A DNA stretch of 58,646 nucleotides, filler included, from Jimgerdemannia flammicorona (lineage: Eukaryota), in NCBI GenBank assembly GCA_003990765.1. It is 2 parts of 2 records of this genome, joined end to end, with 100 filler letters (N's around TTAATTAATTAA, not from the genome) between each part and the next. Parts side by side here need not be neighbours in the genome. Positions count along the whole stretch, not along the records: positions 1 to 29,275 come from RBNJ01000508.1; positions 29,376 to 58,646 come from RBNJ01000509.1. One strand, written 5' to 3'. Shown in pieces: positions 23,950-36,749 of this stretch. The position numbers and the translations under genes were made by a program. The notes under the pieces are model-generated. The model saw only the letters and a list, made by a program, of their open reading frames with translations. It was not told where the DNA came from and ran no database searches. Position 1 is the first letter of the stretch, and each line of letters starts with the position of its first letter.

Positions 23950-26500
23950 TACTATAATCAAATGTCTAATCTCTCTATTTCATATTACTAATTTGAATCA
24001 ACTATTATACTATAATATTATATATAGATATCTTTAATCTGATAAGAAACCAAACTGATATCAGTAAGATATTCATAGATACTTTATAGAAATATCATAC
24101 TTTGAAATAGTATTAGAAGATATTGATATGAACTTATATATCAATTTATATTATTTAGATATAATTGAAATTAACTTTAGATATAGAGAGTATATAGAGT
24201 ACACAATTATATACATAACTGATTTGAGTATACTGATAGAGTATATAGGTCTGAATAGTAAAATTACTTTACTATTAAATTTTGCTATTATGTAATATAT
24301 ATTGATATATATATTAATTCTTTGACTTTTGTACTAATATTATATATATCAGTAATTTGTCTTCTATACTGTTATTTGTTTAAACCTTTTAAATTATTTT
24401 ATTATTTTTATTTATTTTTTTCTAAACTGACTTGTCTCACTTATGATATATATTGGGCACACAATCCTGTGACTGTTTTAGATATATCCATCTCAATTGT
24501 ATTTTGGAGCTAATTAAATATCTATAATATTTTCTAATTATATAGAATATAATCTCTCAATTTTTGAAATTTAGTTAGTTTAAAAATACCATCTGCTAAT
24601 GAGATCTGATTGGCTCATCATATCTTTGTAAAATATCTTTTCAATAATTAATTTCTTTATAATTTATCAATAATTACATATTTGAACTTTGTAATATTAT
24701 ATATTAAGTATTATTTTACAAAGTTATATATCTATAATTTATAAGATATATATATAATATTTATAAGAATAAAAGTGACCAGAGCATTTCTATATATATT
24801 ACATTAAATCTAGTAATATTGAAATAGCTAATATGCTATATTAATATATTTAAATTAGTTATAAGACTATATCCAAAGTATCTATACTTAATAATCATAT
24901 TTTTAATAGCAAATATCATTTGTAAATTTAATAATAAATATCTGTTATTTCTTTTGAATATTATTATATAGTCAGTATAATAATATATATAGTTATAATT
25001 TATCTACTCACTTATACTATTATAGTAAGTAATACAATTTCAGTAATATTCTAAATCTTTTCAAATATATTAATTAATCTTATATTCTTTCTCTTCAATT
25101 TCTCAATCTCAATTCTGAGTACCTTTATTTCATTCTCTATAGACTCTTTTAACTTATCATATAATTTAAATAAAATACTCCAACCCTGTGACACTTGACT
25201 TATATATTGCCTCTTCTTATAGTAGTATTATAAAGATAGTAGTGGTGTGTAATTTTCTGAGATGTGCTCTTCTGTAGTAATACTAATTCTATTGAGTTCT
25301 TCAATTAGAGAATCATTCTTCTGATCTCAATTATTTCTTTCTCTTTGTAATATTTTTACTTGATTTGCCAAATCCTTCAGTAATTCAAATATATCATTAA
25401 AAGATAGAATAACTTGATCCTTTACTATACTCATTACCATTATCTATGAATAGTATTATTATACATATATCCTGGTTATTATATTCAGTTATACGTATCA
25501 TCTTCTATAACTAATTTATATTTGTCTTTAGTTTTGTCAGAAATTCTAATACTTAACTAAATAAATAAATTGAAATTAAATACTATAATATTAATAAATT
25601 TAGATGAATAGGAATTAAATAATCTTACCTTTTTATATTTATCTATTTCTCTAATCTGTTAGACCTATGGCAGATTATATAGGTTAATTTCATATTAGTA
25701 CTATTGATTATTATTTTTAATTAGATTACTATTTAGTAAAATTTTACTCATTAACTCAGAATCTTCTTCAGTGTTTTTACTGAGATCAAGAAAATATAGA
25801 ATAGAATATACATCACATTCCAGATTGGAAACAACATATGAGTACATCTCTTTGATATATAGATGTGATACTTTATATATTTTAAATATATTTACTAATA
25901 TAATTATAAGTAATCTATGTCTTAATACCTGTATATACTACTAGATATCTATATTGAAACTCTTATATGATATTGGTATTTGGTATATTCCAGTATTTAT
26001 AGGTAATCTGTTCTACCACTATATCAAATATATTTATTTTAGGTGAGTAAATTATAATAATATATAATATTATATATAATAATATATAAATATAATACTT
26101 ACCTTCTAATGATGGAGTATATAGATATTAGAAAGGTTGTTATATTTTTCAGAGTTAATATATATATATACTATTATATCAATTAAGATCTAAATATAAA
26201 GTATTTTGCAGTTGTTTTTAATAGTATTTTTAATTACTAAGAGGCCACTAGATATATATTTATTTATACTGATAGTAGTTATGATGAGTATTTTAATAGC
26301 AGAGATTAACTATTTATTATATATATTTATATATATTGAATGTAAAAACCATAGACCTGATATAATGAAATAATTAAGATAGAGATCTAATTTTCATAAT
26401 ATATATTTAAAGCCAATCTCATATTTACCCTATTGTTAATAGCATAATTAGAAATTTACTATTAAATATTAGTTAATAGTACTTAGGCAGTCAAACTTTC
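23950..26500 (-). pseudogene. Extremely AT-rich decayed element, possibly a CACTA/Plavaka-like transposase relic
   Basis: Almost no CpG, remnant splice-donor-like sites, and a faint motif resemblance near 24440-24650 (..ENIVDI*.APKY..ENSHRIV..). Identification is weak. Confidence 0.25.
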
Positions 26501-26659
26501 TCAGAGCCTATTTGGTTCAAAATAATATTATTTTGGTTTATACATATGACATGAGAATCATTTCTGGATCAAAATAATTCTAATACTCAAAAGATCACAC
26601 TGTTACCAAATACTAATAATAAAATTATGGTATTATTTTAAGTTAGCCACAACCTTGCT

Positions 26660-28030
26660 GCCATGTCTTCTCCAAATGTGCCACCACCTCTTCTACAGCA
26701 ATTCACTGCTATCTTCTGTGACATTCAGCCTGGCCTCCATAAACTCATTCACTTACTACATTTTCTCATGCTTCTTGCCCACATTGCTACTGAGTATACA
26801 TTGCTACTATATGGAAAGTGGCCATATAATATATCTTCTCTATCAGGTACTCTTTATTTTTCAAGTTGCTATTTTTAATAAGAAAACTTGCCAATTAACA
26901 CACTACTATCAGGTGCTTGCTATATAAAGGAGTTGCTGACAAAAAATGTGCAATATATTGATAGTATTTTGTGGATACTCTTTGCTATATTTTAGTACCT
27001 ATGTTATCTTCTGGAGACCTGTGGACTCCTTAAGAAGCATCAGATCACAGGTATTACTGAACAGGTTGTGATCTTCCTTTGGATTATTGGACACAACACA
27101 TCCAACAGACAGATGATGGAGCACTTCCAGTATAGTGGAGACATGATCAGTACAATCTTCCACTTGGTTCTCAAGGCATTGGTGTGCCTTGCTCCTGACT
27201 TTATATGTCTACTACATTCAAACAGCTGGTCTCCCGAAGTGAGGGAAAACTCAAAGTTTTTTCCTTACTTTAAGAACTGCATTGGTATGCTTGATAGTTC
27301 CCACATTCCTGCTTTGGTGCCTGCCAACTTAGTTATAGTATACAGGAACAGAAAGGGGTTCACTTTGCAGAATATACTGGTAGTCTGTAATTTTGATATA
27401 ATATTTTCTTATATTCTGAGCAGCTGGAAGGGTTCTGTATATGATGGGTGAGTCCTTAAAGATGTACTTAGCAAAGACCTTTTTATTTCAGAAAGTAGGT
27501 TCTATCTGGGAGATGCTGGCTATGGACTGTTATATCAAGTCCTTACTCTCTACTGATATATTCAATATCACTTTTGTGAATAGAGAAGTACTTGCATTAA
27601 GGGAGGGCAGAGGACAGACTATTAGAAGTTTAATTTTATTTTATTTTTTTTATTTTTTACTAGGCAACTGCTAATTTGTGGCTACAAATGAAAGAGGAGC
27701 TCTTCAACCTCAGACATGCAAGCCTGAGAAATGTAGTGGAGCAGACCTTTGGAGTACTAAAACACTGCTTTCTGATCTTGAATACACAGATCATATATTT
27801 GCTGGAAATACAAGCAGACCTTCCATATGTATTGGCTTGCCTATATAACTTTATCATATGACAAAATGGTCAGAATGATATGTTCTTCCAGGAAGAATTT
27901 ACATAAGACTTAGAGGAGTATGAAAATAGGAAAGGACATTGGGTTGAAGAGAATGATAGTGTGAGTGAATGGCAAGATGAAATTACCCATCAAATGTGGG
28001 AAAATTATTGGCAATACTGACAATGATAGG
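26660..28030 (+). pseudogene. PIF/Harbinger DDE transposase (HARBI1-like), decayed, with one intron
   Basis: Motifs IFLWIIGHN, FKNCIGMLDSSHI, YRNRKG..QNIL.VCNFD, YLGDAGY and ELFNLRHASLRNVVEQTFGVLK. Confidence 0.88.
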
Positions 28031-28099
28031 TATGTTACATTAATTGTACTTTTTTATTGAATTGCATGCATGACTATTGTAATTGTTCTGAAGTATCTT

Positions 28100-28906
28100 T
28101 ATTTATATTGTTAATCTTCTCTTTCAACTATATATTGCATGCCTCTCCAGTAGACATTGTACAGAATATTACCATATTTACTTCAGACTTTATAACACTA
28201 TAAGCTTTGACCATGTCTGTACTGTTTAATATATTACTATACTCTTTATGGAGAGCAAGGATGACATCTTGATGGATACTAGGACTTGTCAGTGGCAGTG
28301 CCTTTGTAATATCAGCCAGCTAGTCAATTGCCAAGCCAGGGTTGGTTCACTTACATTTTTTGGGAGTGGTGTTGTGAGAGAGAGTAGTGTTGTGGGAGGA
28401 AGTGGTGGTAGAGGAAGTAGTAGTAGAGGAAGGTTTGTTGGTGTTGGAGATATTTTGAGAGATATCTTGAAGCTCATCTTCATCTTTGGAGAGTGTCTCA
28501 TTTCGAATTTGACACTTGTTGATATTGGAAGAGGTTTGAGAGAGGATTGATGATTGGTACTCATCTTCATCTTCGGAGGGCATCTTGGTCTGAGTGTAAT
28601 ACTATATGGCCTAGCCTTGTGTAGTGGTATGATGGCCAGTTGCCCCTATTGTCCCAAACAGCTCATTAAAGTCATTGTACTGAGAAAAGGCCCTATTCTA
28701 GAACCTTTTTGCCTGGAGGTACTCCTGTAAATATAGAAAAATTAGAAAAGGTGATATCCAGCTTACAGAAAGCCTAAATAATGAGTATTTGTATCTTTAA
28801 GTAATCATTCCATACTTTTGAAGGAGTCTCCACTGTTTGTGTCTCCTCATTCCAACCAAACCTACTTCTGTTCTTCAGATGGTTGAATGTGTTATAGTCT
28901 GACTTA
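28100..28906 (-). pseudogene. Myb/SANT-like DNA-binding partner gene of the Harbinger element, convergent and 5'-truncated
   Basis: Minus-strand DYNTFNHLKNRSRFGWNEETQTVETPSKVWNDYLK / AKRF..FSQYNDFNELFG..ATG. The convergent two-gene layout is typical of PIF/Harbinger. Confidence 0.75.
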
Positions 28907-29275
28907 AATGACTAGTTCGAGGCCCGCAGGCTTGAGTAGTGGGGTATTGGGGGTTTCCTCCCGCCTCACGTGTAAGTCCTTTACTCACCTCGACTGGGAG
29001 AACCAGGCCCTACCCACCATGTTGTGCTTTGATGAGGGTTTTTTCTTTACCTGTCATTCTCTTTGGGGTGGCAGGGGCTATTCTATTCGGCTCGGGCGTG
29101 GCCTTGTACATACGTTGGGTTCTCGGGCGTGCGCTTTCGGTTGTTGGCGTATGGTTGGGTTTCCCCTGGTGGTAGGGAGAGCATGGTGCGCAGAATGAGG
29201 TGCGGGCTTATCAGCCCTGCTGCGCCTGGCATGGTCGAGCTGCTGGACAATAGCTAGCCTAGGTTAATGGGGGGG

Positions 29276-29375
29276 NNNNNNNNNNNNNNNNNNNNNNNNN
29301 NNNNNNNNNNNNNNNNNNNTTAATTAATTAANNNNNNNNNNNNNNNNNNNNNNNNNNNNNNNNNNNNNNNNNNNN
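29276..29375. other. Artificial contig-joining spacer
   Basis: 44 N + TTAATTAATTAA (stops in all six frames) + 44 N = exactly 100 bp. Confidence 0.95.
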
Positions 29376-31752
29376 CTAGCCCCCGAGGGGCTTGTCCCGT
29401 CGGGGGTGAGTCCCCCTTGGGACTAGCGCTGTGGCGCTACGCCTCTGGCGCTGGGATACCAGCGCATGGGGTTGTTTGTTTGTTTAAACAAACAACCTAG
29501 CGCCGTCTTGCAAAAAAAAAACGCTGGCCACCCTCCCCCCTTTGGGGGGCCGGGCGCCGTAAAACACGGGAGACATCTAGTATACATAGTTAGTGAATAG
29601 CATGTTGTGCCCTTAACAACTACGTGGCAAACATAGGCAGAGACTTGCAATAATGCGATAAATTATTAAACACACTCCAAAAATAAGCAGAGTGACTTAA
29701 AGATTGTTTAAATTGTAAAAAGGCATTTTTCATCCTTTTCCACTAAGCAACCATCGGACAGGGTTAACCCAATTAGGATACCATAAATATATGGAGGAAA
29801 AGAAAGCATTGAAGCTACTAATTGAGTGAATCTACCCATACCCACATTCGAGGCTAAATATTCGCCCCATACTACGACCTCCATGCCTTCACAATTGATA
29901 TGTGGTACTAAACAATAAAATAAAATAGAACATAACTAATAAAATAAAATAGAACATAACTAATAAATAAATATATAACCCATCATTTACCCAGCTGCCC
30001 CAAGAGTCTTAATAAACCCTTACCCAATCCCATATACTTGATATTAGGAGGCAGTAAGATACCATTAAGTTGAAGACTTAATGGAATGGTAATGTATCTC
30101 TTCTTAATACCCTCCAATCAACCGAAGGTTGATGGGGGGAGAGGAACTAGAATTAAAGGAATCTTAAGATAAACTATAAGAATCGCTTACTCACTTGAGG
30201 AGTGTTCTAGTCCTTCCTTTTATTAATTTATAAAACCGATATTTAGTAGCTTGGTTTCGTCGACAGACCCAACGGGATCTAATAAAAAGGGAGATCAATG
30301 GGCTTACCCTGTTCCCATAAAAACACCTTAATGACAGATTTAGGATCCTACTAACGCCGATTGAAATCTGAATCCATCGAATTAAAATACGAGAACATTT
30401 AACCCTCTTCAATTAATTGAAGTAATCAACTATTTTCTTCAACTCTAGCATTACGACGTTTTTGTAGATTCACTTACGTTATCCATGTCTGTCTAGTCTA
30501 ACAGTAGTCAAGTTCTATAGTTAAACTTTTATCTGCATTGTTGAATAGGCTTAACACTTCAAAATTACTCTTAAAGCATTCTATTCTAGACTCAAAGAGA
30601 TGGACATCTTTGGTGGGATATGCTTAAGTTTTAGTAAATTGTTTTATTAACCTGAATTTGGTATAGCATAGAAGGGTCCATATAAGATGAAACGATGGTT
30701 TGAAGTTTTGGCATAGAGCGCGCTTGGATATAGATCATTGGGTATTTACCATGATCCATTCGCAGGGTGCAATCAAGATTGTATCGAACCATAAGCACAT
30801 TCATTAATCGTACCACATCTGGAATAGAAAAAGAATGAGTACATAAAAACAGCCCGAGATTGCCGTGCGATTGTCCATCAGACATGATCCAGTGCGCTAA
30901 TGCGATTGGACTAAGAAGTAGATACATAATATGGCCTTCGGGAATTAATTTAACACCCATTGGATAAAAAAGTTGTTTAAGCTCATAAAAAACAGGTAAA
31001 GATCTCGTTGTAAATCTAACATTAAACGAAACATTACCATTTAGAGTATGGCTTAATAATCTGGGGAAAGAATGGCATAACCACCGGGGGGGGGTGCCAC
31101 GGCGCTCTTTTTTTTTTTGCGGCAAGCGACGAGCGCCGTCTTGCAAAAAAAAAACGCTGGCCACCCTCCCCCCTTTGGGGGGCCGGGGAAAAGCCGGGGA
31201 TACATACTTAAACAGGAATAATAAATAAGGTAAATGACCAAGAGATTGCTCTACGCGTAATAGTGCTCGGTGAACGACGGTCCCCGGGGGGACCGGCGGA
31301 CTTGGTCGCCCTCCGGTCCCCCCCGGGGATTGGACTCAATACTCCCGTCTTTTTTTCTTTTTTTCAAGGGCGGACATGTGCCCGCTAGAAAAAAAGAGCG
31401 AAAAAAACGAGGATTAATCCAATAATAACTCCCATCAGATAAGGAGGAGTATTCTCTATTGTTCATTGGTTTCTTTCTTTAGTAGCAGAGAAATTAATCT
31501 AAAAAAGACTGTTGGGTATTATCCCATTAAAAATACCCTGCCATCAGAGATGGCAAGGTACTATACCGTCGTAAATTGCCTCAATAAACGCCTTATCTTC
31601 AAACCATTCATTTGGAAAATTTATAATCTAACCTTCTATGAGGTTAATATAATTAGTTTTCTACACCCCGGGGTGGCCGGCGGACTTGGTCGCCCTCCGG
31701 CCACCCCGGGGCCGCAGCACCACATTGTTTTTATGGGCTTATCAGGTCGCAC
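29376..31752 (-). ncRNA. Group II intron at ~L2059 (3' part beyond the contig end)
   Basis: Starts GTGCGACCTG right after GGACGAGA. Shares the domain I motif GGAACAGGGTAAGCCCATT (~30298-30316) with the other group II introns here. Confidence 0.85.
30631..31466 (-). pseudogene. LAGLIDADG (I-SceI-like double-motif) homing endonuclease, disrupted by GC hairpins
   Basis: FTTRSLPVF..LFYP.GVK, LSPIALAHWIMSDG, LCTHSFS and YMDPSMLY. Confidence 0.85.
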
Positions 31753-31860
31753 TCTCGTCCTGCTAGGGTAAATCCGCATCTGCACGGATAATTCAATTTC
31801 ACTGAGCTCATCTTGGAGACAGTAGAGGTCTCGTTCAACCTTTCATGCCGGACCATAATT

Positions 31861-32849
31861 CCAAATCTTACTCGAAACTGTTATCGAGCTGAATAAATTA
31901 GTAGAAACCCCGGGGGTTGCCCCCCCCCTAAAGGGGGGGGGCTAGTTAAACAAACCAGCCTAGCGCCTTCCGCCGGGAGGCATCGCAGATATTTTTTATT
32001 TGCATCATCAAATCGAATATTACCTTTCCCAAAAAACTCTCTAATGGCAAATAAACATGAAGCTGAAACCGTAGCTTGTTTAATGATAAAAGACAGCTCC
32101 ACTCGTACCCCACTTTAGATGAATTAGGCCGAAGACCAATATAGAATGTCCTTCTCCGTCCACAAAACCGCTCAACCACTGAGGGTCGATTAAAGGTAAC
32201 CTTCCCATAGATGCTCGTTGCTGTTAAACTACGTTTTACTGCTACTCGGGCGAAGCCCGAGTGGCTCTTCAACAGTCAACGGGTTTACTGTATTTGAAGT
32301 ACTAAAGAGTCGAGAAACTGATTGTGAGCTCCCACCACCAACAGTTTGGGAGTTGCGATTAAACAGGTTAATAGCAAACACCACTTTAAGATGCGTAATA
32401 CTTAAGCCATTTCTTACGTTCGCAGCACTCAATAGAATAAATCAATTTGAAGACGTAAAAAGATTCATAGTAATTTAAATCAGACCAATAAACTTTGGTT
32501 GTTTTCATATTATACAATGGCAAACAGCTAACAAAACATCGGTTCTGGTTTAGTTTATACAAAATTGTTATAGCCATTTACAAAGTATCCAGAAAACTGT
32601 AGTACTAATTTATTCACAACCTCTTACAAGGATGAGGGGACTATGTCTTAATCTTTCGAGATTAGTTACATGTTGTCTCTGAGGGATATATAATTTAATC
32701 CCGGCAAATTGTCCTTTATCTTTCTGATAAAACAATAATCATTAAAGAAAAGCAAAGATTATCAGACTAGTCTACTTTACTCTTAGGACTTTCTTGCATA
32801 TAGTAACTTTCAAGATTAGCTCAACTAATCAGGACCAATTTTAACAATT
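31861..32849 (-). ncRNA. Group I intron at ~L1951 with a decayed LAGLIDADG ORF (31881-32577)
   Basis: The upstream exon ends in U and the intron ends in G. P7 strands CAGAGACAAC (~32672) and AAGACATAGTCCC (~32640). Frameshifted PQWLSGFVDGEG. Confidence 0.85.
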
Positions 32850-32869
32850 AGTGGCCAAGGAATTTCGCT

Positions 32870-35800
32870 CATTGTTACCCCCGGCCCCGGGGCAAGCGCC
32901 TAGCGCCGCAGCGCGGCGCTGAGCGCAATAATTGCTTAAGCAATAAAAGCGCCTAGCGCCTTGTTTTATTAATAAAACAGGGTATATACAATTATTGCTT
33001 AAGCAATAAAAGTATATACCGTCCCACGGGGCCGCCCGAAGGGCTTTAAATAAAACAGGATATAAAGGGGGCTACCCTCAAAAGAGGGAAATGGACTATA
33101 TCTTAACCTATTTTCTACCTCTGTGAATTGCATAATTAATCCAATTTAAATTTTCGGATAATATACAATTGTTTAAACACCCGAGAGGTTCTAATATAGT
33201 TGGAAACAGTACGATCGCTAACACCTAATCATTTAGAGCATTCTACATTAGAAGAAAACTGCTGAACTAAAACACCATCCAGAGTGTATACGCCAACCGC
33301 TTGAGCATTTACTGCGATTGCGCCGAACATGGGGTTTCTAGATCCGGCTAAGGCCGCACTCATTTTCGCCCGAGTGTCGTCTGAATTTGTTTTCCCGTGC
33401 ATTGGGTGGTTTTCTGGGGGGATCGACGCGTGTTTTAGCGCTTTAGCCGCTAGAGTGTTTTACCCCCAATGTAGAGCCAGCAGTAGGAGAGAAGTTGTAG
33501 CGAAGGATTTTGGGGTAATGCAAAGAGCCAATTGAGTCAATGTTGCTCTCCCCCTTCGGGGAGTGATACATAATTAGAAGGCTAACTAGCCCGACAGGGT
33601 GGGTCTCGGCCCTGGAGGGTGAGGCCCTCCGGGCCTAGCCAAATTCTACCACGATAAATACAAAAGCTGGAAGGCCATAAAGAGCGATAGCGTGTTGTAG
33701 ATTCCGATTAGAACTATAATTAAGAATGTGAGATACCAGTCGTTTTTTGTTTTTTTGGCTGGCAGACGTAGTTTGCCTCCAGCCAAAAAAAAAAAAACCC
33801 ATATCAACTGAACCCCGAATAGAAAACGTATCGGCAAATTGCACCTGTCTCTTGACATTTAATGCAATAAACGCCACATTGATGTGAAAGAGTATCTTTT
33901 GCAAGTTTTAATCCTTCCGAAAGATGTAGATTGGAAAATTCCATAAGGGTAAATCGTCTGTTCCTTCGCATAAAAGAACACTGCCGAAAATAAGGATAAT
34001 TAGTGTATAAATTAATAGAAATAAGAGTCGATAAATCATAATTGAATAACATAATGGGGGATTAATAGTTGGAATAATCCCTGTTGAATAGGTTTTACAC
34101 GCCTCGGGCAGCAAGCGTCTAGCGCCGTGTGCCGAGGCCCCGAGGGCTGACCAATACTGAGTTGTGCTGTTTTTTTTTGCTGGCAGACGTAGTTTGCCTC
34201 CAGCAAAAAAAAAACGAGGGTCAGTAGAGGAGATCCAAGCGGAATAATCCCCGTAGTGTAGTGCCGTAAAGCTGCACGACAACGCGAGTGTCCAGTAATA
34301 ATCATTCCATTAGGAAACTGAACACTATGGTAGTATAACCATCCTAGAGGATGGAGACTAACCATTGATACTGGAAGAGATTGAGTGTAATTATTCATTA
34401 TATTATATGTGTTGGGATCCCTTAGATGAAGAATTGGTAGAGCCGTTTAATTTAGCCATAAATAGATATAGATATGGTAAACGTAATACCCAGGCTCCAT
34501 GAGTATTTACCTAAATTCCTTTAGTGGACCTAGTTAGGCTACTCTACAAGCAATTAAGAATGAAGACAGCACACCTTCCAAGTATAACTAAATTGGTAGC
34601 ATAACTTCCGGGAGGCAAGCGACTAGCGCCGTCTCTCCCGGAAGGCCGCAACAGGGAATGCCTTAATAGCCAACATCAGTCTAGCAAAAGAGAAAAAATA
34701 TTCTCTCTCTTATATCTCAAAATTCTCTCTCCTATAAATCAAATTTTCGTTCTCTTATTAATTATAAACAACGGGATTTTTTATAGCTCGGATATCATCT
34801 AACCCTTGTTGTGTAAGATGGGCTCGAGCTTCCAACATAGCATGAACACGATTGTAATCGGCATAATCTAATGCCTTTTTAGTAAGAAGAGGATAAGTAT
34901 CAAGGAAAGGAAATAAGTACATAGCTAGTTCGCTCCGATCCCGAATTCGGTATTGTAGCTGAGTAGGAGATTCATTGACCACATAGCCGCAGCCAAAGAA
35001 CGCAATAAATTTTTCAACGCATTAATAATCGGTCGCGAATGTGTTGACCCCCGGGGCCCCCTGGAGGGACGGCGCTATTACAATTTTTTATAAATAAAAA
35101 ATTAGAAAACCAAGGCGCTAGTCCCAAGGGGACTCACCCCTCCCCGTAGCCGGGTCTCAGGGACGAGCGCCGCTCTGCGGGGCTAGACGCTTTTATTGCT
35201 TAAGCAATAATTGCGTTCAGCATCTTGTATAAATACAAGACGCTAGTCCCAAGGGGGACTCACCCCCGACGGGACAAGCCCCTCGGGGGCTAGACGCTTG
35301 CCCCCAGGGGGGAGATACAAAATTCTAATGAAACTTGATAACCTAGCTTCATAGTATTATTGACTGCCACACTTACATGAAAGCAGGCCTCTGCGTCGAT
35401 GAAACCCACTACCCAATACACTGGAAGAATAGCCGCACTATATAATAATCGAGTTAGCATAATAATAAGAAGGAAATATTTGAGGTAATAGGATTATAAT
35501 GATTCCTCTCTATTAACAAATAGAGAAAGATTTTAACTTTTCTACAGTATTAATTGTTAACAGCCAGGGATGTGCTATACCTTAAAATTGGCCTAACCCC
35601 CTGGGGGCAAGCGACTAGCGCCGTGCCGTTAGGCACGGTCGCATGGAGTGGGTGGTAAACCCCCCACTCCTAGCGCCGTGGTTTTTCTAAAAGAAAAAAC
35701 ACGGTCGCATGTAGCTTGCTTTTATTAAAGCAAGCGACTAGCGCCGTCCCTCCAGGGGGGCGAATAACACATACTTAAAGAGGAGAGGAATCAAAGAGGA

Positions 35801-36068
35801 AAAGAAATTTCCCTCTCTTATAAGTTTATAAATTACCCTATTTACCATTCTAAGCACTGTCGGGTGTCAAGCTCGGTATAAGGCTCCTTACATGTAGTCT
35901 CTGGGGTTCCAATTTGGAATACCTGCGGATTATTCAATCTCTAAACATATTACCGTAGAGTCGTTAGAGTATTAGAAGCTTCCCGCATATAGTAAGGTAC
36001 TTGTAAGAGTTGGTATCACAAGGGCAGCGAATATATTTCATGTATTCTTTTCTCTTTCTATGAGAGCT
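32870..36068 (-). ncRNA. Group I intron at ~L1931 carrying decayed LAGLIDADG (~34758-35500) and GIY-YIG (~33130-34398) ORFs between its P7 strands
   Basis: Boundaries AGGT|...G|AGCG. CAGAGACTAC (~35895) and AAGATATAGTCC (~33095). WVVGFIDAEACF, GVYCIKCQETG and EQHWLNWLF. Confidence 0.85.
34169..34213 (+). repeat. T/A-armed hairpin families E (also ~33750-33797, 53414-53460, 53783-53835) and F (~31350-31407, 45324-45381, 58193-58251; variants 38949-39003, 43262-43315)
   Basis: E: T(n)GCTGGCAGACGTAGTTTGCCTCCAGCA(n). F: T(n)CAAGGGCGGACATGTGCCCGCYAGA(n). Confidence 0.9.
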
Positions 36069-36431
36069 ACCTAAGGATCGTTATAGTTACGACCGCTGTT
36101 AACTGGAGGTTCAATCGATACCAATAGTATCTTTTTTAACTTACCAGCACTGCTTTACGTTCACTTGAATCTAAGTGTAATTAAACCCAAACCCCTAAAA
36201 TAGACATTAAAATCTAAGATCGTAATGCCCAAAAGATTCGAATTTAATAGCTCGTCATTACTGTACGAGAACAGACTATGCCTTAAGTCCCAAATCTAAA
36301 ATATATAAAATAGATTTTCAATAAATATTATAATTAAATATTTATCGGTTAGAGGTAAATTATTTACATATAGTCGTTGAGGAGACCAATGGTTTCCTGC
36401 AAATAGCCCAACTAGTTCCAAATTATTATTC

Positions 36432-36539
36432 ACCCCGGGCAGCAAGCGACTAGCGCCGTGTTTTTGTCTAAAGACAAAAACACGGTCGCATGGAGTGGGT
36501 GGTAAACCCCCCACTCCTAGCGCCGTGTGCCCGGGGGCC
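36432..36539 (+). repeat. GC-rich double-hairpin element family A (copies 36622-36730, 37325-37430, 41745-41852; variants 35600-35760, 56235-56350)
   Basis: Near-identical CCCGGGCAGCAAGCGACTAGCGCCGTGTTTTTGTCTAAAGACAAAAACACGGTCGCATGGAGTGGGTGGTAAACCCCCCACTCCTAGCGCCGTGTGCCCG in unrelated AT-rich contexts. Confidence 0.95.
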
Positions 36540-36749
36540 GATTAGAATATTAAACTATAAGGGTGTTTTTGCATATAGTAAATTACGAAATATTAATAAA
36601 TAAAATATTAATTTATGTTTCACCTCGGGCAGCAAGCGACTAGCGCCGTGTTTTTGTCTAAAGACAAAAACACGGTCGCATGGAGTGGGTGGTAAACCCC
36701 CCACTCCTAGCGCCGTGTGCCCGAGGCCCCGGGGGTAGAATTGATTTTA

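Larger units (their letters stand above)
6530..23950 (-). mobile_element. Degenerate Ty3/Gypsy LTR retrotransposon (gag-PR-dUTPase-RT-RNaseH-IN), boundaries approximate, carrying nested insertions
   Basis: Gag remnants at 22511-22984 (PPVFH..FIDDFEQYA) and a decayed zinc knuckle ITYFRYREEGHYIKSC at ~16181-16228. RT motifs IDYRKLN, LDLFSGFHQI and YIDDMIIFS (13479-14300). RNase H ~13100-13450. Integrase FVKRCDKC / IDIIG / TERTNKTLK (10200-10632, 12707-12800) with C-terminus VHRNRLKKYH ending ~9118. RT precedes IN (Gypsy order). Many stop codons; CpG nearly absent. Confidence 0.9.

Noticed and set aside
35565..35865. Second group I core nested in the L1931 intron (ACAGTGCTTA / AAGGTATAGCAC)
   Set aside because: There is no room for P4-P6 upstream of the putative P7 strand; insufficient support.
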